The notes under the pieces: generated by a model | What the model saw: the letters and a program-made list of their open reading frames with translations, nothing else | Databases searched by the model: none | Told to the model about the DNA's origin: nothing | Translations under genes and position numbers: made by a program | Shown here: positions 39,132-52,506 of the stretch, piece by piece | Layout: the number at the start of each line of letters is the position of its first letter | Numbering within the stretch: the stretch's first letter is position 1 | From: the human T2T-CHM13v2.0 reference genome, Homo sapiens | NCBI RefSeq assembly: GCF_009914755.1 | Contig: NC_060947.1 | Direction: 5' to 3' (one strand) | Length of the DNA: 64,000 bases

Positions 39132-39965
39132 AATTTACTTCTAAAATTAAGACCCGAGACTGCTATAGAAAACAAACATCTACTATGTTCTCTAATGGGG
39201 GTGGAGGGAGGAAAGCTTTGCCATTCCCACCTTGTAAATCAGTAGGGTAAACAAACCTAATTATTAAAAAGAGTTGCTCTTTTCCTGTCTTTAGAGTAAT
39301 CAAAGCAGAGCATTATTGGTACACAAGCCCCACGTCAGGAGGTAATTGTTTTATTTTTTGTGTTTATCAAAAGTCAATGATATATTGACATTTGCATTAC
39401 TAGTCATCCTGTTTCAAAGTGAGTGATGAAACACTCTTCTCCTAGGAAGCTATTTTTTTTTCTCCATATATGGACAGAGCTAATTAACAAATGGACCTAT
39501 GGCCACCTCCATGCTGTGACACATATTCTATATTCTCAGGAGCCTGTGCATATTACAATTCTGGTGGTAAGTGTAATGTCGTAACTTTCATTTTATACCT
39601 GAAGAGCAGTGGTTGGTTGACAGCATACAAAGGAACATATGTGAAAATGTACTTTACTAGTTGGATTTTGTGAATAGTATGTTATGAATTTGTCATGTAG
39701 TAGATTTCATGAAACCTGTATGTTTTAAAAAAATTTCCAGCATTTTATTGATATTTAGAAAATCTGTTTTGGTGCCAAGAAATAGAAGTGCAATCTCTTA
39801 CAGGCAGGTGCAAGGGTGAGGAATATAGTGATTTATAGTTTCTCCTTAAAGAGGGTTTCTGAGTTGCCATTTCACATCCATTCATGGATTTAAAATTGTT
39901 TTTCTGAATCTTAGGCATTTTTAAAAGGAAATCTCCTTGAATAGCAAGAAAATTATCATAGGTCT

Positions 39966-40323
39966 TGCTATTATCTCAATATTTGTGTCCCCCTAAAATT
40001 CATATGTTGAAGCCTAATCCTCAAAGTATTGGAATTAAGAGTTGAGGCCTTTGGGAGATGATTAGGTCATGACAGCTCTTTTATAAGGATTAGTACCCTA
40101 ATAAAAGAAGCTCAAAGAATCTTGTTCATCCTGTCTACCATTTGAAGACACAGCAAGAATGTGCCATCTTGAAAGAAGAGAGCAGCCCTCAGCAGACACT
40201 GAATCTACCAGCACCTTGATCTTGGACTTCCCAGCCCCCAGAACTGTGAGAAATAATTTTCTGTTGTTTATAAATTACCCAGCCTGTGGTATTTTGTTAT
40301 AGCAGCACAAATGCACTGACAGA
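39966..40323 (+). mobile_element. MLT1A-type solo LTR
   Basis: 'tgctattatctcaatatttgtgtccccctaaaattcatatgttgaa...gtggtattttgttatagcagcacaaa'. TSD GGTCT/GGTCA. Confidence 0.92.
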
Positions 40324-40599
40324 GGTCACCAGATGCACATGTTCTTTGGCTCTGTATACAAGGCTTTTAAAAACAACAAAAATTAGCTGCTCCTGTAGTA
40401 CGATGCTCTTATCTTTGGTTTCTTTATGGGAGAGGATCTATGGAATCTTTTTAAATGCCAACATGAATTTAAGGTATATCTATATGTATGATCCCCTTGG
40501 ACTGAAATTTCACTTGAGTAACCTGAGGACCTAGAAAGAGTAACATAATAAAAGCCCTTAAATGAAAGTTCTACAAAATCTATAAAAAATAGCGAGAAT

Positions 40600-41124
<525 letters not shown>

Positions 41125-42997
41125 ACAAATATGTGTTTACATAATTATTTTAAAATTGATTTATATTTTAATAATCATAAGAAAGCAAGGTCCTATGGTA
41201 TGTGGATTGAGGTATAGGGGCAGCCTGGATTTACATGAATTTAAATTTTCGTCAGTTAACACAAGTTCCTTTCAAAATTTAGGCTTTTGTTTCCCTTTAC
41301 TTCTTCACAGTAACATATATGAGATGAAGACACTCATGTATCAGATTAGTTCAACATCAATATAGAATCATCAGCCAAGCAGGGACATGACATCAAAACA
41401 AACTAAACACTAGTTAATGAAGAACTAGAGCATGCAAATACTATTATCAAAAGACACACTGTGTCATCAGGACTTGATTTTGGTTATTCTCTTTGGTACT
41501 GGGTCAGAGTTCAACCTTTAATTTTGGTCTGCCAGTGAGGTGGAGTGATAGCAAAGCGGAGCAACCTCTACTTTCAAGGTCCTGAGGTACAAGCCTAGTT
41601 TCAGCTACATCTGTTTCCACTAGGCCCATTGAGGGTTAAAAATCTATCTGTTCAAATATTTCACTGGAGCTAGAAATGGCTTGTTTAAAGGGCCCACAGG
41701 TGCCTTTCTTTCTCTATACAGTGCATTCTTTTTGGTGTATCTTTGCTTCTTGGTCTTGTTAAACATCTTCATTCCTTGGTGTAAATGAACAGCTGTCTCA
41801 GTAGAAAGGAGATTTGCTGTCTGTTTCAGACTAGACTGGACTGACAGTTCTTAGGCTGCCTCAGCCTTAGGGGAAAGAACTAAGTGATTTGTCTTTCATG
41901 GAGGTTAATAAGCACTTCTCTTGTTGGTTGGTTTGTGTATAAACGGCTCAGGCTTTGGCACGCAATCTGTCATGGATCTTAATAAATTACCCTCTGTTTA
42001 TGCACTTAGAAGTAACACTTGTATTACCAGTATGGCAACCAAATGTTGAAGTAAATCACCACACGTGACAAACAGACCTTAAATCATTTGCCCAACTATT
42101 TCCTTGACCTGTCTTGGAATGTGAGGAAATGGAAAAAAAAATCAAGTGATAGGAATGTTTTGCATTTGTGGAGAAATAGAGGAAATCCACTGTAGTTTTA
42201 AGGGAAAATATGCATAGCAACTATAAATCCAAGGAGATTGTTTAGGTGTCACTATTTCAAAGTTTGCTATATATTTTCAAGTTGTTAGGAAATATTTCTA
42301 AATTGTGTCTACTTCCCTGTCTTGATAAAAAGTTGATCAAAGTTAAATAAATCTTTCTATAATGCTGGGAAATCTCATCGTGTCCCTGAGCATCTTTACT
42401 GTACAACTGTGGTGCTTGGTGTCTCTGGACCACTGCTTTGATCATCAGTGAAATATGTCTAGGATCATAGATGGAGATGTAAAAGGTTTAGGAAATTGAG
42501 CTGAATTGCGTTGAGCACTTCATTCCTTGGAAGTATTTTTAGTAAAATTACTACCATGATTTTTTTCTATGTGACTTGACATTTTTTTTAAGTGGAACAT
42601 TCAAAACATGACTTGAGAGTTCTTTTAGTTGTGATCTGGCTGATTAAGATTTTATTCTATTAGAATAATTAGAGAGAAAAAGGGAGGTAGAGAGAGAGAA
42701 AGACATAATATTATATTAACCAAAATGGTGTCTACTCTACAGGCACATTTACGATGTAGAAGGTTTTTCTGTTTTTTTTTGTTTTTTCGTTTTTTTGGTT
42801 TGTTTGTTTTAGTCTAGAGATTTATCATAGTAGACAGGAGATAATTCAACTAAAAGGAAAACTCCACTTCCTCTATTTTATTGACTATTGAAGTTGGGAG
42901 CAAGATGACAAACATAAATAATAAAATTGGGATAGTACCCAGAACCTATGTTGTTTCAACATAGGCTTTCAGTTTTCATTAGAAAGTGGGCAATATG

Positions 42998-43442
42998 CAA
43001 ATGCCCATCAATCAACAAGTGGATAAAAAAACTACAGTGTATATATATATATATGTGCTGGAATACTAGTCAGCCATAAAAAGGAATGAAATAATGACAT
43101 TTGCAGCAATCTGGATGAGATTGGAGACTATTATTCTAAGTGAAGTAATTCAGGAATGGAAAACCAAACATCACATATTTTCACTCATATGTCTGAACTA
43201 AGCTATGAGGATACAAAGGCATAAGAATGATACAATGGACTTTGGGGACTTGGGGGAGAGGGTGGGAAGGAGGTGAGGGATAAAAGACTACAAATACAGT
43301 GGAGTGTATACTGCCCTGGTGATGGGTACACCAAATTCTCACAAATCACCACCAAAGAACTTACTCATGTAACCAAACACCACCTGTACCCCAATAACCT
43401 ATGGAAAAATGGAAATAAGTAAACTATGGTATCACTATAAAA
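42998..43442 (+). mobile_element. 5'-truncated L1PB-like element
   Basis: 'aaggcataagaatgatacaatggactttggggac...aagaacttactcatgtaaccaaacaccacctg'. Perfect 15-bp TSD AAAGTGGGCAATATG (42983-42997 / 43443-43457). Confidence 0.93.
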
Positions 43443-43877
43443 AAAGTGGGCAATATGATTACACGAAAAAGTCTTATTCCCAGAAAAAATATTTTTTCAG
43501 GTATATACTGCTGAACATGAATGCATACAATTCTTCTTATGAAAGAATTTTCAGGTGGTTGACTCTCTTTCTATTTGTAGTGCACTGAATGTGCTCTATG
43601 GCCCATAAAAATAACAAGGAAACTTCTTATTATTTGATACTGCATTATTCTAAGTTGCCTCTGCATAGCAACAACTTCTTCCTTTGTTGTTTGGTAAATT
43701 CTCAAATCAAATTAATTGAGACATTTTATGTGCCCTATAATTCATTTAGATCATACATGGTGAGCATTACATGCAAAATCTTCTGACTATCCATATGTAG
43801 TTTACATGGGCCTTATTCAAAATCACTTAAAAGTCTAGTCAGAAAACTTTCAAATTCCTGAATATCACGAATCTAAT

Positions 43878-44263
43878 TTAATGAGTTTGAATGTCCCCTA
43901 TGAAATTCACATTGAGATTTAATTGCCATTTTAACAATATTAAGTGGTGGGACCTGTAAAAGGTGATTAGGCCATGACAGCCCTACCCTCATAGTGGGTA
44001 TATATAACACCATTATAGTGGGAGTGAGTATGTTATTACCAGAATGTGCTTCTTATAAAAGGATGAGTTTGCCCCTGTTTTGTCTCTCTCATCCTCTGTT
44101 TGCTCTTCTGTCATTGGATTGTATGGCAAGAAGGTCCTTGCCAGATACTGGCCCCTTGATCTTGAATTTCCTACTCACCAGAACTGTGAGCCAAAACACT
44201 ATTGTTCAGTGTAAATTACCAGTCTGTGGTATTCTGTTATGGGTGCACAATCATACTAAGACA
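43878..44263 (+). mobile_element. MST (MSTC/D-like) MaLR solo LTR
   Basis: 'gtttgaatgtcccc...aggtgattaggccatga...tataaaaggatgagtttgcccc...actaagaca'. Confidence 0.85.
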
Positions 44264-44309
44264 ATCAGTTGATTGTTTTGTTTATTTAGCTTAAATGCTG
44301 ACTGCAAGA

Positions 44310-44348
44310 TTTTTTTTTTCTTGAGACAAAGTTTTGCTCTGTTGCCCG
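44310..44348 (-). mobile_element. Alu 3' stub (~39 bp)
   Basis: 'ttttttttttcttgagacaaagttttgctctgttgccc'. Confidence 0.7.
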
Positions 44349-44504
44349 CAAATTTGACGTGTGTGTGTTAGTTCTCTTTCAACATATATTAATACCAGAT
44401 TGACTTTGAATAGTTCTTCCAACTTGGAGTTCTTTTGGGAAAATGAGCAGGTCTCTGTAAAGGACACCTTGTGAACTAGATTATGTGCTAATGGTAAATA
44501 CCAT

Positions 44505-44722
44505 TTTAACATAGCTAACATTTATTGAACTTGTTTTATATTACAGCCACATGACGTATATAAACTTAATTCTGACAACAACTCAGTGAGGTAGACATTG
44601 TTTTCATTACTTCCAATAGATGAGGAAAGTGAATCACAGGGTGGTTAAATAAATTGCTCAAGTTTGCACAGGTTCAAAGTGGCAGACCTGTAATACAGAC
44701 TCAAGCACTCTGACTTTAGTTT
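44505..44722 (-). mobile_element. MIR, interrupted near its end by a MER4 LTR
   Basis: 'atagctaacatttattga...tagatgaggaaagtgaatcacagggtggttaaataaattgctcaag'. Confidence 0.82.
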
Positions 44723-45599
44723 TGTAAAGCAAAAAATATCCGAGACAGATTTTAATCAATTTAAATAGAGGCTTATTTTGCCAAAGTGAAGGACCATGGC
44801 CCATGACAGCCTCAGGAGGTCCTGAGAACATGTGTCCAAGGTGGTTGGGTTACAGCTTGGCTTTATACATTTTAGGGAGATGGAACTTATAGGCAAAGAC
44901 ATAAATCAATACATGTAAGGTATACATTGGTTTGTCCCAGAAAGGCATGACATCCCAAAGCAGGGGCTTCCAGGTCATAGGTGGATTCAAAGATCTCCTG
45001 ATTGGCAATTGGTTGAGAGAATTAAGCTCTGTCTGAAGAGTTGAAGTCAGCTCGAGTGAAGATAAGGGGTGTTGTGGAAGCCAAGGCTTTTGTCATGTAT
45101 ATGAAGCCTCCAGGTAACAGACTTCAGAGAGAATAGATGGTGATTTTCTCTTATGGGACCTTAAAAGGGTGTCAGACTCTCCAAAAATGACCTAGTAAGG
45201 GAAAGAGATTCTTTCTCTACAGAATGCATATTTCCCCCACAAGAGACAGCTTCGCAGGGCCATTTCAAAATAGGTCAAAGAAGTATATTTGGGTGTAAAA
45301 TATTTTGATTTCCTTCAGGGCCTGCTATCTGTCATGTGATGTGATACCAAAGTCAGGTTAGAAATTGGTATCTTATTGCTACAAATATTCTGTTTTATCG
45401 GTATTAAGATCTCTGTTTTAATGTTAATGCTGGTCAATTGTGTCTAAACTCCAAAGGGAGGAGGCTATAATGAGGTATGTCTGACCCCACTTCCTGTCAT
45501 GGCCTGAACTAGTTTTTCAGGTTTCTTTGGGATCCCCTTGGCTAAGAGAGGGATCCCTTCAGTCAGTTGAGGGGCTTAGAATTTTATTTTTGGTTTACA
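44723..45599 (-). mobile_element. MER4D-like ERV1 solo LTR
   Basis: 'cagcctcaggaggtcctgagaacatgtgtccaaggtgg', ending 'ggggcttagaattttatttttggtttaca'. TSD GTTT/GTAT. Confidence 0.9.
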
Positions 45600-46199
45600 G
45601 TATCTACACTTTCAATCACTGAATCATATGACCCAGCAATGCCACCATATGTTATAGTAGAGCACCATTATATCAGAATTGTTGGTTGATCCTCTTGTGC
45701 CCTTTAGCCTGTGTCCCATTTTGTCCTCTCCTATCCTTGGTGCCAAACACCTATTTCCTACATTTCCTTACCATCAGGGCATGCTATATCCTGTGCAGAT
45801 GGCTTTGGTCTTTAATAGTGGCATCTTGATCTCCTAATAGAATCAGAGTTGTCAAGTTTGTTTTGTTTTGTTTTCTCCTTTATTGTGTTTAACTCTCTGT
45901 TTGTTACACTCTATTATTTCTTTCTATTGTTCCTGTGTCTCCTCCACTGGATCCTCTTTTCTTGTTCTCCCTTTTATTTTTTTCTTCATTCTTTCTCTTT
46001 ATAAATGCATTTATAATCATGGCTCCAGTGAATACCTCTGAGCAGCTTTCTCGCCAACCTCTATCACCAGCTGTAATCATTTTTATAAGCTCTTTTCTCT
46101 CTAACCATGTACTATATCCTGCCATGAGCTCACTTAGCCTAAAACAAACTTATCACCCTCTTTACCAAACCAGTTTGACACTACCTTTAAAATTTTAAT

Positions 46200-47490
46200 G
46201 GCACGATTCAGCCTTAAAACTTCCAACTCATTTGTTATTCAACCTTCTTGTTCCTTTATCTTGTCAATCATCAAGTCCTGTTGATCCTTCTTTGGTAATA
46301 TATCTCATCCATTAATTCCTTTGTATTCCCAGGGCCTGAATATTTTCCAGGCCTCATTATATCTTGCTTGTAATAGTATAATAATCTAACTAGTCTCCTG
46401 GCTTCCATGGTGCTTACCCCCTAGTGTCTTTCCCCATTTCATATCCTCATCATCTGTTCCACTGAGGGTAGAGAGAAGGAATATAACTATAATAAAGTAA
46501 AGTTAAAATAAGTAGAAATAGAATAGTTTGAAGTCAGAGGAGCAAGCTGTCATTGTTGGTTGAGATAATCAGGGAAAGCTTTAGGAAGGGGATGGAATTT
46601 AGAATTTATATAAATAAAGAGGTCTGAGGAGGGCATTTAAGATTGGGGAAAACTGGGTGAACAGAAGCTTGGGATGGAAATGTAAGAAGTTTGGGGATAC
46701 TTAGTAGGCCTGGCTGAGCTGGACCATTATTGTAGGAAAAATGAGGTTGAAAATATAGTCTGGGCTCTGATTGTAGGGATCCTTGGATACCAGGCAAAGG
46801 AATTTAAAATGTATCATGTAGAAAATGGGTAGAGACATGATGAAATTGGCATTTCAGGAAGATGAATCTGGCAGCTGTGTGTAGGGTAGATTAGTGGGAG
46901 GAGAGACTACAGAGAGGGGGCCTGGTTAGGAGGTTGTAATAGGGTTCAGATGTGAGTTAATGATGGCTTTGAATAGAACGACAGAACAGAACTGATGAGA
47001 TGGATGCAGATGTGCAAAGCATTATGGAAGGAAATTTGATAAGGTTTCCTTGAGAGGCTGAATTTGCAGGCAGTTGGGAGAGGAAATGGGAGGGTTGGAC
47101 TCTGGGTGACCAGGAGAATATGTATCAAAATGTTCCCATCCTTCAAGCTTCAGTGCTTCCTCCTCTAAGAGTACTTGTCCCAACGGAGCACTGTGAGCAA
47201 GCCACTTTGACTGTAATAGATGCTCAAATAGAATTAAGGAAAAGCCCACTCCAGCTGGCAGTGACTTTGCATGCTCTAAACTCCTAGACACCTATTGACT
47301 CTACTTTTAGTAAGCACTTAGCATACATGATTTCTACTAAACTAGCTTTTAATTTGAGGATGTTTTACCTCTACAGTGAGAGAGATCAGGAGAGTTTTGA
47401 GGGCAGAAATCATGCTTTATTCCTTAGATTCCCACCTACCTAGTCCAGTTTTAGACCCATACTAGTTGTTAAAAATATTTTCCTTGATTG
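46200..47490. mobile_element. Cluster of LINE-2 fragments (+ ~46200-46450, - ~46540-47140, + ~47150-47490)
   Basis: 'tcatcaagtcctgttgatccttc', 'ggaagatgaatctggcagctgtgtgtagggtagattag', 'gagggcagaaatcatgctttattc'. Confidence 0.65.
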
Positions 47491-48169
47491 TTTCCTTTCA
47501 TCCTCTTAGGGGGCTTGGATTGATCATCTCACAGGTATACTTTCCTATCCATTATTATGCTGATGAGACTTACAGTTTAAATACATTACCACACCTGAGC
47601 CTCAGGTACTTATAGAAACTTTTCATGTCCCATCTTCATAGTCTCTTTTCCTTTTCCAGTGCAGTTTACTGAGTCTGATCACGATCACGTATTTTGTGTT
47701 TCAGTAGGTGCTTGTTAATTGTTGGTTTACTTTAAGATTCCTGGCTGTGGTATAAGCTCTGCTACATAGCTAATGCAGCTTTAGTTCCATCTGCATATTT
47801 TAGCAACACTACACAAAGTGAATGTATTGGCACAAATGACAGACTTTGTTGGTTTAATTTTGTAAACTGTTTAAAATTTGGTTCATTTCTTTTCATTTGC
47901 AAAATATTTTTATTCAAGTGTATTATATAGCTATTCATCTCAGAAGAAATTTGCTATTGCTTGAAAAATACAGTTTGCTTTATGATCCCAATATTATAAA
48001 GGTTCAGAGAAAAGAATATCTCTACAAACAAAATATTTATTTGATCTCGAGACCCTTCTCAAATACATTTTATTCGTATCTGATCAGAATTTCTAGAAAC
48101 ATACAATTACACGTTACCTTAAATTGGTAAGATTTAATGTATTTGACAGTAATTCCCATTAAAGGAAAC

Positions 48170-48345
48170 TGTTGCAGGACTCTCTCTCCTATGACTATAT
48201 TAGAGCCCTGAATTCCAATGCCAGATCTGCCCTTTAATTTCTTTGAGAACTTAGGCAAGGCACTTGGCATTCCTGGGTCTCTTTCTCCCATCTATAAAGC
48301 AAGAGTATTGAACAAGATCACAAGATCACCTTCTATGCTAGCATT
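48170..48345 (+). mobile_element. MIR3-like
   Basis: 'gaacttaggcaaggcacttggcattcctgggtctctttctcccatctataaagcaagagtattgaacaagatc'. Confidence 0.65.
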
Positions 48346-48399
48346 AATTTTGGTTTCGAGTTAGCAAAAAAAAAAAAAAAAAAGATCTTTCCTTTTTTT

Positions 48400-48880
48400 A
48401 AAAAAAGCATATGCCATGAAAATTTCAAGAACTAAGGACAGATTATGCCCCAACATACACAGTCCTCATAGAAATTGGAATGGGGGACAGGAAAGCCATC
48501 AGGATTGGAGGTTATTTTGTCTCAGGATCTGGCTAACTACAAAGCTCTCTCTCTCTCTCTCCTTTTCCCCACATATCTGCAATATTCTCTTTCTACTGCT
48601 GACTTCCTTGTATCTTCAGCTTACATATGGCCCAGAAAAGTTCTATCTTCAAGTCCCCCATGTCCTTCTAACTCAGCCGCTACAATTATCAGGCTCATCC
48701 TCTCAATTTTCAATTATAAAATTCAAGAGAGAAAATAATTGACTCAACTCATTTTTTAAAGCCAGATCTTGTAAAACATAGATTGGCTGGTCAGGCTATA
48801 GAATGAATGCATTTGTAAGAATTGTTCACAATGGTCCAATTAGTTGTGGCCAGTGGAGGTGGGAGGTTGATTCATTTGGA
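48400..48880 (-). mobile_element. Possible ancient MLT1 LTR remnant
   Basis: 'aaattcaagagagaaaataattgactcaac' and 'tggtccaattagttgtggccag' resemble old MLT1 antisense sequence. Confidence 0.4.
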
Positions 48881-49317
48881 ACTGAAATGAGAGTTAAGGA
48901 TTGCAAAAGTTATATTCTAGAAAAGCACTTAGACAGATAAACAGGTACTCTGAATTGCACCTAATACATCTTCCATCACTGAAATTCTGTTAATCAAAAA
49001 GTATTATTTCTTATTGAATGACAAAAGAGATGGTGCTCTAATGGTTAGGATTTCAGGAATTAGTCAGCAAGTAGGAGAGATTTTAGTTTTGTTATTGTTA
49101 AAATATAAATTCCAATGTAAAAGTAAGATATGCTTCCAGCTGTTATTATTTATCTTTAGAATGTATGAGTTTTAGCTTCCTTTTTGAAAAGGTGAGCATT
49201 GGATTCATAGAACCAACTTGTTTAAAAAAAGAGTAGAACTATGGGGCACGGAGGAAAAGCTTCATCTACAGTAAGGCTGTTTTTTACATCTTAACCTTAA
49301 AAATCTAGGCAAGGACC

Positions 49318-49629
49318 CACCAGGCGCCGTGGCTCACGCCTGTAATCCCAGCACTCTGGGAGGCTGAGGCGGGCGGATCACGAGGCGGGCGGATCACGAG
49401 TTCAGGAGATCGAGACCATCCTGGCTAACACAGTGAAACCCCGTCTCTACCAAAAATACAAAAAAATTACCTGGGTGTGGTGGCGGGCGCCTGTAGTCCC
49501 AGCTACTCAGGAGGCTAAGGCAGGAGAATGGCGGGTAAACCCAGGAGGCGGAGCTTGCAGTGAGCCGAGATCGCGCCACTGCACGCCAGCCTGGGTGACA
49601 GAGCGAGACTCCGTCTCAAAAAAAAAAGA
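49318..49629 (+). mobile_element. AluY with internal 16-bp tandem duplication
   Basis: Y diagnostics 'gagatcgagaccatcctggctaacac' and 'ggcggagcttgcagtgagccgagatcgcgcc'. Perfect 19-bp TSD AAAAATCTAGGCAAGGACC (49299-49317 / 49630-49648). Confidence 0.98.
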
Positions 49630-49654
49630 AAAAATCTAGGCAAGGACCTCAATA

Positions 49655-49940
49655 ATGCATCTCAGTCTTCACATGTCCAAAACTGAACTTTTGATTCTTA
49701 CCTTTCCCTCATCTACTCCTTGTCACTTCTTTTCTTTCCCCACCAAATGGCAATTCCATTCATTTTGGTGCAGACACGAAACCTGAGTTATTTTTTATTT
49801 CTCTATTTCTCCAATACCCCACATCCAATTCATCATCCAGTTCTTGAAAATATATTCCAAATTTTATCATCTTTGCCATTGCTACCTTGCTAGTTAAAGC
49901 TATCATCATCTTTTACTGGGACTATTGCAATAGTCTGTGT
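49655..49940 (+). mobile_element. LINE-2 fragment
   Basis: 'gcatctcagtcttcacatgtccaaaactgaacttttgatt...ccccacatccaattcatc...ctgggactattgcaatagtct'. Confidence 0.82.
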
Positions 49941-50274
49941 GATGGCTTGTTTTGGGCCACATAATAAAATACGTAAAGTAGATTTTCAGGGGGTGGCTTG
50001 AATAGGAAAAGGGAACTCTTTTAGAGAGTCACATAACATATGGGTTCTGGTCCCATTTCTTCTATTAACTAGCTGTGCAAACTGGGGCAAGTCAGTTCAC
50101 CTCTCTGGAACATGAAGGGGTTTCTAATGGATCTCTTTCTGTCTCGGCATTCCGCACCATACTTGCCCTCATCACCTTGCTTCTGAATTCCCTGCTGTGC
50201 TTTCTACTGACCATCTGGAGGGACCCTCTCTTCACAGCATCCAGTGCTCCAGGCTGGTGACTGTGGGAAAGGGA

Positions 50275-50470
50275 GTTCTACTATTTATGGTGCTCACTGT
50301 GTACCAGGCATTATACCAGGTGCTTTATGCACGTTATCTAATTTAAAATTCTCCATAACTATATGAAGTAGGTATTATTTTATTCCCATTTTGGAGATGA
50401 ATAAATTAAGCTCTAGATGCATTAAACAGCTTACTCAAGTTGTAAAGCTAATAAGAAGTGGATCAGCCTT
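50275..50470 (-). mobile_element. MIR
   Basis: 'atttatggtgctcactgtgtaccaggca...ctatgaagtaggtattatttttattcccattttggagatga'. Confidence 0.85.
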
Positions 50471-52216
50471 TTCCAGGCTGTTTGTAAAAGGAATATCATT
50501 CTGTTTTCTAGAACTTGGAGCTTCGAGGGAAGTTTTGACTATAAAGGTCAAGAGTGGAGATGAGGAAAATTTCAAGTGCTGATGTTATTCCCATTCAGAT
50601 TGAGAAGCCAAGCAAACTGGAAATCCTCATCTGTTTCTGAAGATTCCTACAGAAGTCTTTCCCCACCTCCTCTACCACCAAAACAGGAAACAAGGCAGGG
50701 AGACAGAAAGAATGGGATAGGAAATGAGATATGAAATAGGATAGGGAATGGCTTGGTTTTTCTGTACCAAATCCCCTATGGGACACTCTTTTTGTATAGA
50801 AATGAACTAATGTGCACTAACTTGGTGGAAATGGGATAAGAGGTCCTGAATCTCATAAGTTTCCAAACACATTCTGGAAACACATTGCTTTCCACACAAA
50901 TTACTGTAATAGATGGGGAATTTTAAGTTCCAAACTGAAACAGTGGAAGAACCATTTGGGGGCAGACATGTAAAGCACTTCAGGCTGACTCCTTCTCTTC
51001 ACTCCACATAGGTAGCTGTTCACTCTGCTTTCTGCAAGACTTTTCATGCTCTCTGACATTTGGCTTAATCTGATACCAGAGAATAGGTGATTATTTTGTC
51101 ATCAAAAAAGTAGAAACATTGAATTTGAAGGGAATTTAAAATTCGTGTAGCCCAGGCCTTTTTCCTGAGAGGAAACAGATTACATGGGTTAAGTGACTTG
51201 CGGTTACTCAGCTAATAATTAGATACAGCTGACTTAAAGAACCCCCCCCCCCACTCCACCCCATTTTTTTGTGGTTGTTTGTAACAAAAATATTTGCTTT
51301 CACAAAGCGTAATCTATTGGGGCCTGACCTAGTGATCCAATCTGAGGCCTGTATGATTTGAACATTTGATAAACACTAGAGCTCAAAGAAAGCCTTCACC
51401 GACTTTTGTTGCCTGGATTTCTTTCCCTCAAAAGTTGATGAGAATCCATATAACTGATGAATTTCTTTGCAGTCCGTTTACGGGTGTGTGATTAAATCCC
51501 AGGTTTCTCGTGGATGATTCTGAGCTTGCCCATGCTTTAAGGACTCATTGATCCCTGCATTTATTCTACAGCCCAATACAAGCAGATATGGAAATTGTCC
51601 TGGCATCCTGGATGCATTCTTCCATGTTATTTTTATTATATTATATGATGAAATTTTGTAAATATGTTTCCTACATCCAGGGATGCCTGCACAATTTAGG
51701 GGCACTCAAAAGAAGAATGAGAGAATGGACTTAGAATTATGTGTAATATATATTTTATTGTGCTCATATATTTAGAGGCCTTCCCCATTTCAATTGTGCA
51801 AATGCTTGAAAAAGTTTCTCTGGAAAAAAAAATATATTAAAACAGTTTACCCATCTACACTTCATTTCATTCTCCCCAAAACTAATCATCTAGAATTTAA
51901 AATAAACCATAAATCTAAGAGAGAATGTAGGGGAGAGGGAAGGAGATAGAAAGAAGAGGGTATTGATTGAGAGGTTGATTGATTTTTATTGTGATTTATC
52001 TGAGGTCACCAAAAAGGCATCTAGGTTTCTCATTTTCTCTGCTTTTAAACTGGACAAGTCTACCCATTTAATTCTTCCAAATACAAGGAAGAAAACTAAA
52101 CAGAATATCTTATTGAAAATTTGCGCTTCTGGTCAAGACATGAAAATATTTGCAATGGTCCATCTGGATTGTAATCTCTAGATAGGTAGACAGTGTTCCT
52201 TTGAATTGTGCATGGT

Positions 52217-52506
52217 GGCAGGGCACATTGGCTCACACTTGTAATCCCAGCACTTTGGAAGGCCAAGGTGGGAGGATTGCTTGAGGCCAGCAGTTTGAGA
52301 CCAGCCTGGGCAACATAGTAAAACACAATCTCTACAAAAAATAAAAAACAATAAGCTGTGCATGGGAGCATGTGCCTGTGGTCTCAGCTACTCAAGAAGC
52401 TGAAGCCGGAGGGTTGCAGTGAGCCATCATTGTGCCACTGCACTCCAACTTGGGCAACAGAATGAGACCCTGTCTCAAATAATAATAATAATAATAATAA
52501 TAATAA
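52217..52506 (+). mobile_element. AluJ with ~24-bp right-arm deletion and (AAT)n tail
   Basis: 'ggaggattgcttgaggccag'. The right arm jumps 'gaagccggag|ggttgcagtgagcc'. Degenerate TSD AATTGTGCATG / AATTGCGTGTG. Confidence 0.95.

Noticed and set aside
37090-40323. LTR-internal-LTR provirus between two same-strand MLT1A copies (also 20351-25195)
   Set aside because: Each LTR has its own TSD, and the spacer contains L1, MER39 and unique DNA rather than MaLR internal sequence.
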